From assembly GCA_017134395.1 (NCBI GenBank), contig CP070993.1:87231-151230 (forward strand): a DNA stretch of 64,000 bases. The letters are read 5' to 3'. Under the pieces are notes generated by a model. That model was given only the letters and a program-made list of their open reading frames with translations, was not told the origin of the DNA and did not search any database. The stretch comes from Candidatus Kaiserbacteria bacterium. GTDB taxonomy: Bacteria; Patescibacteriota; Minisyncoccia; Phycocordibacterales; UBA2100. How positions within the stretch are numbered: position 1 is the stretch's first letter; each line of letters starts with the position of its first letter. Made by a program: the position numbers and the translations under genes. Of the stretch, positions 57,733 through 64,000 are shown one piece after another.

Positions 57733-58992
57733 ATGAAATCTTTTTTGCTCAAGACTCTCCTTATCGCTGTCGTTTCGACAGCGATACTGCCTTTTGCTGT
57801 TCATGCTCAAAGTACTGTTGTGACAACAACACAAGAACCTAATCCAATTTCGGTTCATGTGTTTAAGCGAGATGATTGTACCTACTGCAAAGCAGAAGCA
57901 GAGTTTTTGGAAGAACTTTCAGTTACGCAAAGAGATTTAAACTTCACAATCGTATGGCACGACGTTGTTACCGATGAAGAAGCGAATAGTTTGTATCAAC
58001 AAATAACAACATTGAAAAAAGTACCACGTATTACGCCTATAACTATTGTCGGCGACACGCTCATTCAGGGATTTGATGCACCCGAGACAACAGGCGAACG
58101 CATCATCGCTGCCATTGGGCGCGCACACGCAGTTGGCGAGCTTCCAATTGAGGATTTTATTGCCGGGAAGACGATAGTTGAAGGTACTTCAACAGCCGGA
58201 TGTGATAGTGGGGATGTGTGTGCTATTGATGAAGTAGTAAGCGAGTTCTCCTTTAAACTTCCTCTTGTAGGTGTTGTTGATTTACAAACGTTTTCGCTTG
58301 CGACACTTGCTGTTGTGCTAGGGACAATAGATGGTTTTAATCCCTGCGCAATGTGGGTTCTTATTACATTCTTGCTTATCCTTATGCAAATTGGAAACAG
58401 GAAGCGAATGTTACAAATTGCAGGACTCTTTTTAATTGCAGAAGCAGTGATGTACGGCCTCATTCTAAACGTATGGTATTCGGCTTGGGATTTTGTAGGG
58501 CTCGACAGAATTATTACACCGCTTATTGGACTACTCGCGATTGGTGGTGGTCTCTACTTCCTTCACAAATATAAAAAAAGCCGCGACGCGCTTGTGTGTG
58601 ATGTTGCAAGCATAAAGACACAAAGCAAAATACAAGAAAGGATTCATTCAATTGCAAAAGCGCCTCTTACCATCGCTGCGATTGGCGGTATTATTGCGAT
58701 TGCTTTCTCGGTGAACATCATCGAATTTGCCTGCTCGGTCGGAATTCCACAAGCATTTACAAAGATACTTGAACTTAATCAATTAAGTTTCTTACAAACA
58801 CAAGGATATACGCTACTGTACATTCTGTTTTACATGATAGACGATTTCATTGTGTTTGGGTTTGCTGCGTGGGGCATACAAAAGATTCAATCAGCGGAGA
58901 AATATTCTCGAGCGTCGATGCTCTTCGGGGGAATATTAATGGTGCTCCTTGGGTCAGTGTTGCTTTTTGCGCCGACTGTTTTAACGTTCTAG
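57733..58992 (+). CDS. Thioredoxin-like domain fused to a CcdA/DsbD-like membrane domain
   Basis: CTYC; DGFNPCAMW; EFACSVG. Confidence 0.8.
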   Translation: MKSFLLKTLLIAVVSTAILPFAVHAQSTVVTTTQEPNPISVHVFKRDDCTYCKAEAEFLEELSVTQRDLNFTIVWHDVVTDEEANSLYQQITTLKKVPRITPITIVGDTLIQGFDAPETTGERIIAAIGRAHAVGELPIEDFIAGKTIVEGTSTAGCDSGDVCAIDEVVSEFSFKLPLVGVVDLQTFSLATLAVVLGTIDGFNPCAMWVLITFLLILMQIGNRKRMLQIAGLFLIAEAVMYGLILNVWYSAWDFVGLDRIITPLIGLLAIGGGLYFLHKYKKSRDALVCDVASIKTQSKIQERIHSIAKAPLTIAAIGGIIAIAFSVNIIEFACSVGIPQAFTKILELNQLSFLQTQGYTLLYILFYMIDDFIVFGFAAWGIQKIQSAEKYSRASMLFGGILMVLLGSVLLFAPTVLTF

Positions 58993-58993
58993 T

Positions 58994-60643
58994 ATGAAAC
59001 AAGAGACAGCTCTTGGAATTTTGAAGACCGGCCGTAATGTGTATTTAACTGGTGCCGCTGGCTCGGGAAAGACACATGTGCTAAATCAGTACATTGAGTA
59101 TTTGCGAAAGAATCATGTAGGTATCGGTATTACCGCATCTACCGGTATAGCCGCAACACACTTAGGCGGTATGACCATACACTCATGGACTGGCATTGGA
59201 ATCAAAGACTATCTCACAGAGTGGGATATTGACGCACTTACTCAAAGGCAACCTTTGGTAAAGCGATTTGAACGGGCAAGTGTACTTTTAATAGACGAGG
59301 TATCTATGCTGCGGCCAGAACTTCTGGACATGGTCGATGAGGTGGCAAAGGCATTGCGACGGAACACAGAACCTTTTGGTGGTCTACAGGTAATTCTCTC
59401 GGGAGATTTCTTTCAGCTACCACCTATCGTTCGCGATGGAAGCGAAGACGCCTTTGCTGATTCAGCAAAAGCATGGCATGAGGCTGATTTTAGAATTTGC
59501 TACCTGACTGACCAATACCGACAAGAAGGTGGGCAGTTGTTAGACATTTTGAATGATATTCGTGACGGGGAAATTTCTATTGAGTCACAAGAATCTCTTC
59601 AAAGTAGAATGGTTCGGGAAGATATTGATACGAGTGAGTACGCAGAACAAGAACCAGTCGTGTTGCATACTCATAATCAAAATGTTGATAAACGAAACCT
59701 TGAAGAGCTTGCGAAGCTCAAGAGTGAGAGTGTCGTATACGACATGGTATCTACTGGCCGAGCAAATCTTGTGGAATCTTTAAAGAAAAGTGTATTGGCA
59801 CCAGAAAAGTTGGAACTCAAAATTGGTGCGCGTGTTATGTTTGTGAAGAATAATCCTGACCAAGACTATGTAAACGGAACGCTAGGAGAGGTTGTAGATT
59901 TATCTGGAGAATATCCAGTTATAAAAACTCATTCGGGAGAAGAAATTGTAGCCACACCAATGACATGGGAAACAACAGATGACAATAAAGTGCTTGCCTC
60001 AGTCGCACAAGTTCCACTTCGCCTTGCGTGGGCAATTACTGTGCACAAAAGCCAAGGAATGAGCCTCGATGCAGTTGAGGTAGACCTTTCACGTGCATTT
60101 GCTCCAGGACAAGGGTACGTCGCGCTTTCTCGTGCACGCACTCTCGAAGGGCTCACTTTGCATGGACTGAACAGAACTGCCCTTGAAGTACATCCGTATG
60201 TGCGCATGCGTGACGAACAGCTGCAGGCTGAATCACAGAGATGGGAAAATGTATTTACTAAATTTTCAAAAACGAGAATTGAGGAAATGCAAAAACAATT
60301 CATAGATAAAGTTGGTCGTACAGAAAGTGAGGCGGCAAAAGCTACGGTTATCCCAACGCATGTTAAAACACGCCACTTACTCGATGAAGGAAAAACATTG
60401 GACGATATAATAGCAGAGCGTGGAATGACAAAGGGAACTATCTTAGCGCACTTAGAAAAGTTAAAAGAAACTGACCAAGAATCTTCTTTTGCTCATATAA
60501 AACCAACAGACTCTTTTTTGAAAAACATTCTCGCTGCATTTAAGAAAAGTGGTGGTACAAAACTTTCCCCAGTGCACAAAGCTCTCAAGGGGAAATATAC
60601 CTATGAAGACCTGCGGCTGGCGCGATTATTTATTTCAGAGTAG
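58994..60643 (+). CDS. Pif1-family SF1B helicase with C-terminal HTH
   Basis: GAAGSGKT, DEVSM, GDFFQLPP, HKSQG, YVALSR. Confidence 0.92.
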   Translation: MKQETALGILKTGRNVYLTGAAGSGKTHVLNQYIEYLRKNHVGIGITASTGIAATHLGGMTIHSWTGIGIKDYLTEWDIDALTQRQPLVKRFERASVLLIDEVSMLRPELLDMVDEVAKALRRNTEPFGGLQVILSGDFFQLPPIVRDGSEDAFADSAKAWHEADFRICYLTDQYRQEGGQLLDILNDIRDGEISIESQESLQSRMVREDIDTSEYAEQEPVVLHTHNQNVDKRNLEELAKLKSESVVYDMVSTGRANLVESLKKSVLAPEKLELKIGARVMFVKNNPDQDYVNGTLGEVVDLSGEYPVIKTHSGEEIVATPMTWETTDDNKVLASVAQVPLRLAWAITVHKSQGMSLDAVEVDLSRAFAPGQGYVALSRARTLEGLTLHGLNRTALEVHPYVRMRDEQLQAESQRWENVFTKFSKTRIEEMQKQFIDKVGRTESEAAKATVIPTHVKTRHLLDEGKTLDDIIAERGMTKGTILAHLEKLKETDQESSFAHIKPTDSFLKNILAAFKKSGGTKLSPVHKALKGKYTYEDLRLARLFISE

Positions 60644-60652
60644 GATACCCCA

Positions 60653-61474
60653 ATGAATATGATTGTAGACGGGCGCGCAATTGCTCAGAAAATTAAAGAG
60701 AGTTTAAAAAATGAGGTTCTTGATCTGTCAGAGCCGGTAGAGCTTAGCATTATTGTAGTTGGTGATAATTCAGTCACTGATACATTTGTTTCAGCGAAAG
60801 AGCGTTTCGCTAAAGATATTGCTGTTACATTCACGAAAAAAATATTCGCTAAAGATGCCACAACAGAAGAGCTTATTTCATATATTGAAGAGGTGTCGAA
60901 ATCGGTTCATGGTGTCGTTGTGCAACTTCCGTTACCTATGCATATTGCAACTGACGAAGTGCTCGCAGCGATTCCAATAGATAAAGATATTGATCTACTC
61001 AATAGTGCAACTTTTGAAAGGTTTGTCTCTAATAAGGGTTCGTTTATTCCTCCTGTGGCAGGAGCGGTGCTTGCAATTCTTGATGAATACAATGTTTCAG
61101 TTGCTAATAAAAAAGTGGCTGTTATTGGAAAAGGGAAACTTGTTGGCTTACCGGTTCAGAAAGTACTCGAAACACGTGGTGGTGAGGTAATCGTACTTGA
61201 TACTAAAACAGATAGCACAGACTTTAAGAAAATACTTAGTGAAGCAGATATTATTGTGTCGGGAGCAGGTGTCCCAAATCTTATCCAGCCAGATATGGTC
61301 AAGAAAGGAGTCGTTCTCATTGATGCTGGAACATCAAGCACGGGAGGTAGTGTTACAGGTGATATTGCAAATGAATGTGTAGAGAACGCGTTAGTTTTTT
61401 CAAAAACTCCCGGAGGTGTTGGACCACTTACTGTTGCCATACTTTTTGAAAACCTTCTTGCTGCTTCTCAATAA
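60653..61474 (+). CDS. folD: Methylene-THF dehydrogenase/cyclohydrolase
   Basis: VQLPLP, KDID, LVGLP, PGGVGP. Confidence 0.92.
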   Translation: MNMIVDGRAIAQKIKESLKNEVLDLSEPVELSIIVVGDNSVTDTFVSAKERFAKDIAVTFTKKIFAKDATTEELISYIEEVSKSVHGVVVQLPLPMHIATDEVLAAIPIDKDIDLLNSATFERFVSNKGSFIPPVAGAVLAILDEYNVSVANKKVAVIGKGKLVGLPVQKVLETRGGEVIVLDTKTDSTDFKKILSEADIIVSGAGVPNLIQPDMVKKGVVLIDAGTSSTGGSVTGDIANECVENALVFSKTPGGVGPLTVAILFENLLAASQ

Positions 61475-61531
61475 TAATCTGGGTATAACATTTTTTCAGA
61501 ACGCTTTGGGTTACTATATAATTAGAACACT

Positions 61532-62062
61532 ATGAAAAAACTCACACAAAAGGAAGGAATTGCAGTAGGAGTAGCACTCATTTCTGTCGTTGCATTTGTT
61601 CCTGGACTCTTTGCTTCAAATGTACAAACAAACGCTACTGATTTTTCAAATGATGTAAGCAATGTACCTTCTGAACACCAGGCGTACTTTGAGGAAGTTG
61701 AAAGTACTATTTCAGATTTTGATGCGGAAGACATCGTTATCGGTGATGGTAGAGAGGCAGCGTTTGGTGATACGGTGTATGTTCATTATGTTGGAACACT
61801 TTCAAATGGTGACGTTTTTGATACGTCTACTGGTAGTGTACAGCCGTACAGGGTTACACTCGGACAAGGTGAAGTTATCACTGGTTGGGAAATTGGTTTG
61901 ATTGGTATGCGCGAAGGTGGTACACGACACTTGATTATTCCACCTGCATTAGCCTATGGCCCAAATGAGTTAGCTGATAAAGACGGCAACGTCATTATCC
62001 CAGCTGATACGACGCTTATGTTCGATATTGTTTTGTTACAAGTTGATAGAGGAGCTGAATAA
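61532..62062 (+). CDS. FKBP-type PPIase
   Basis: VHYVG, FDTS, VITGWE, IPPALAYG. Confidence 0.93.
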   Translation: MKKLTQKEGIAVGVALISVVAFVPGLFASNVQTNATDFSNDVSNVPSEHQAYFEEVESTISDFDAEDIVIGDGREAAFGDTVYVHYVGTLSNGDVFDTSTGSVQPYRVTLGQGEVITGWEIGLIGMREGGTRHLIIPPALAYGPNELADKDGNVIIPADTTLMFDIVLLQVDRGAE

Positions 62063-62077
62063 GGACCTTCTACAACG

Positions 62078-62110
62078 TAAAAACCGACAACAAAAGTTGT
62101 CGGTTTTTAT
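62078..62110 (+). terminator. Intrinsic terminator
   Basis: TAAAAACCGACAAC-AAAA-GTTGTCGGTTTTTA. Confidence 0.9.
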
Positions 62111-62131
62111 TTTGTACCGTACAGTAGTGTG

Positions 62132-64000
62132 GTGAAAGAAAATATTTTCAATTTAGTAAAACCGTATGAGCCAGCTGGAGATCAACCAGCGGCTATTTCT
62201 GCACTCACTAAAGGGGTAGAGAGTGGAAAGCGACACCAGACACTACTTGGTGCAACTGGTACTGGTAAAACCTATACTATTGCCAACGTCATCCAAAACA
62301 CCGGCAAAGCAACGCTCGTTATTGCACACAACAAAACGCTTGCGGCACAGCTTGCTGCAGAGTTTCGTGAATTCTTTCCTAATAATGAAGTACACTATTT
62401 TGTCTCGTACTATGACTTCTATCAGCCCGAAGCCTATGTCGCCATTACAGATACCTTTATCGAGAAAGAAGCGCAAATTAACCAAGAGATAGACCGTTTA
62501 CGGCATGCTTCGACTCAAGCGCTTCTTACAAAAAAAGATGTCATAGTCGTTGCATCTGTTTCTGCTATTTACGGTTTAGGAAGTCCACAGGAGTACGCCC
62601 GCGTTATTCTTGATTTGAAAGTAGGTGGCACATACACACGAGCAACCTTGGTGCGTGAGTTGGTAGAAATGTATTTCACTCGTGTTGCAGGAGATTTATT
62701 GGCTGGAACGTTCCGTGCACTGGGAAATACGATAGAGATAATGCCCGCGAATGAGGAGGTTATATTTCGTCTTCATTTTGAAGGAACCACTATTACTAAG
62801 ATAGAACGTCTCGACCCTATAACACGAGCAATTCAAAATGAAGAGACCCAGGTTGATATATTTCCGGCGAAGCATTTTGTCACTCCAGACGAGGTAAAAG
62901 AGGAGGCCCTCAAAGATATCGAAGCTGAGCTAAAGGAACGCCTCAGTATACTGAGGCGTTCAGGAAAGGAGCTTGATGCTGAGCGCTTAAACCGCCGAAC
63001 TCGCCAAGATATCGCAATGATAAAGGAAATAGGCTACTGCAACGGCATTGAGAACTATTCAAAACATTTTGATCGCCGTAAATCTGGAGAGCCACCACAT
63101 ACGCTCATTTCATACTTTCCAAAGAAGGACGATGGGACACCAGACTTTTTAACGGTGATAGATGAATCACACGTAACTCTTCCGCAGATTGCTGGAATGC
63201 AGGCCGGAGATAGAGCACGTAAAGATACGTTGGTAGAGTTTGGGTTTCGCCTGCCAAGCGCACGCGATAACCGACCCCTGAACTTTGAAGAGTTTGAGGA
63301 ACGAATTGGTGAGGCGATTTATGTAAGTGCCACGCCAAGTAAGTATGAGCTTGAACATAGTAGTGATGGTTCGTGTTCACTGCATACTGATTACAAACAA
63401 AAACAACACGCACAAATTCATGAAGAACAGGTAGGGACGCATCCTGCGGCCTGTTCAGTCATTGAACAAATAATTCGACCTACTGGATTGGTTGATCCAG
63501 AAGTAAGTGTGCGTCCTGTTGTTTCGAGTGAGTCTTATGCAGGGCAAGTGAAAGATTTTATTGAAGAAGCGAAGAAAGTTACAAAAAATGGCGCACGTTC
63601 ATTAGTAACAGTGCTCACAAAAAAGATGGCAGAAGATTTAGCAGAGTATCTTGAAGAGAGTGGTATTAATGCCAAGTATATACACAGCGACATAAAGACA
63701 GTTGAAAGAATTGGCATCCTGACTGATTTTCGAAGAGGAGAGTTTGACGTACTCGTGGGAGTGAACCTCCTGCGCGAAGGTCTCGATTTGCCAGAAGTAG
63801 AGCTTGTGGGAATACTCGATGCCGACAAAGAGGGATTCCTGCGCAGTGACACTGCACTTATCCAAACAATTGGTCGCGCAGCACGTAACGTGAATGGGCG
63901 AGTTATTCTCTATGCTGATAACGTTACAGGCTCAATGGAGCGTGCGCTTAATGAAACCAGTCGGCGTAGAGCAAGACAGGTAGCACATAACAAAAAACAT
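62132..64000 (+). CDS. uvrB: Excinuclease ABC subunit B, runs off the window end
   Basis: Translated by hand: PAGDQP, GATGTGKT, YYDFYQPEAY, DESH, NLLREGLDLPEV, QTIGRAAR. Confidence 0.96.
   Translation, partial: MKENIFNLVKPYEPAGDQPAAISALTKGVESGKRHQTLLGATGTGKTYTIANVIQNTGKATLVIAHNKTLAAQLAAEFREFFPNNEVHYFVSYYDFYQPEAYVAITDTFIEKEAQINQEIDRLRHASTQALLTKKDVIVVASVSAIYGLGSPQEYARVILDLKVGGTYTRATLVRELVEMYFTRVAGDLLAGTFRALGNTIEIMPANEEVIFRLHFEGTTITKIERLDPITRAIQNEETQVDIFPAKHFVTPDEVKEEALKDIEAELKERLSILRRSGKELDAERLNRRTRQDIAMIKEIGYCNGIENYSKHFDRRKSGEPPHTLISYFPKKDDGTPDFLTVIDESHVTLPQIAGMQAGDRARKDTLVEFGFRLPSARDNRPLNFEEFEERIGEAIYVSATPSKYELEHSSDGSCSLHTDYKQKQHAQIHEEQVGTHPAACSVIEQIIRPTGLVDPEVSVRPVVSSESYAGQVKDFIEEAKKVTKNGARSLVTVLTKKMAEDLAEYLEESGINAKYIHSDIKTVERIGILTDFRRGEFDVLVGVNLLREGLDLPEVELVGILDADKEGFLRSDTALIQTIGRAARNVNGRVILYADNVTGSMERALNETSRRRARQVAHNKKH

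Noticed and set aside
1-64000. CRISPR array, integron attC array, prophage or IS transposase
   Set aside because: No regularly spaced repeats and no cas, integrase, transposase or phage structural genes were seen

Overview
Core-chromosome segment of a small-genome bacterium. Gene content and style point to Patescibacteria/CPR (Parcubacteria-like; inferred, not proven): XRE-MurA fusion, helicase-degenerate PriA, short ProRS/DnaX/HolB, class I LysRS, two mreB. It carries translation, repair, division and cell-wall genes (typA, fmt/def, priA, murA, mreB x2, mreC, pbp2, frr, rseP, proS, greA, lysS, mraZ-rsmH-ftsL-ftsI-murF, parB, rel, topA, dprA, serS, dus, dnaX, folD, uvrB), four tRNAs, a zinc-uptake cluster and a MacAB-like exporter. 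No CRISPR array, integrase, transposase or reverse transcriptase was seen. The strongest unexplained signals are non-coding. (1) A 56-nt hairpin element (CACCACAAGARTACTTC-33 nt-TGGTCG) occurs three times. Removing it precisely restores a synonymously recoded second copy of the typA start at one site and a REP-like palindrome at another. (2) A ~150-nt candidate sRNA between def and fmt has three hairpins, each showing a UCCCC anti-Shine-Dalgarno-like loop. (3) Expression signals fall into two classes: many core genes look leaderless, while about nine stand-alone orphan cassettes have an SD and usually their own promoter and terminator. One of these encodes a TorF-like outer-membrane beta-barrel in a lineage thought to lack an outer membrane.
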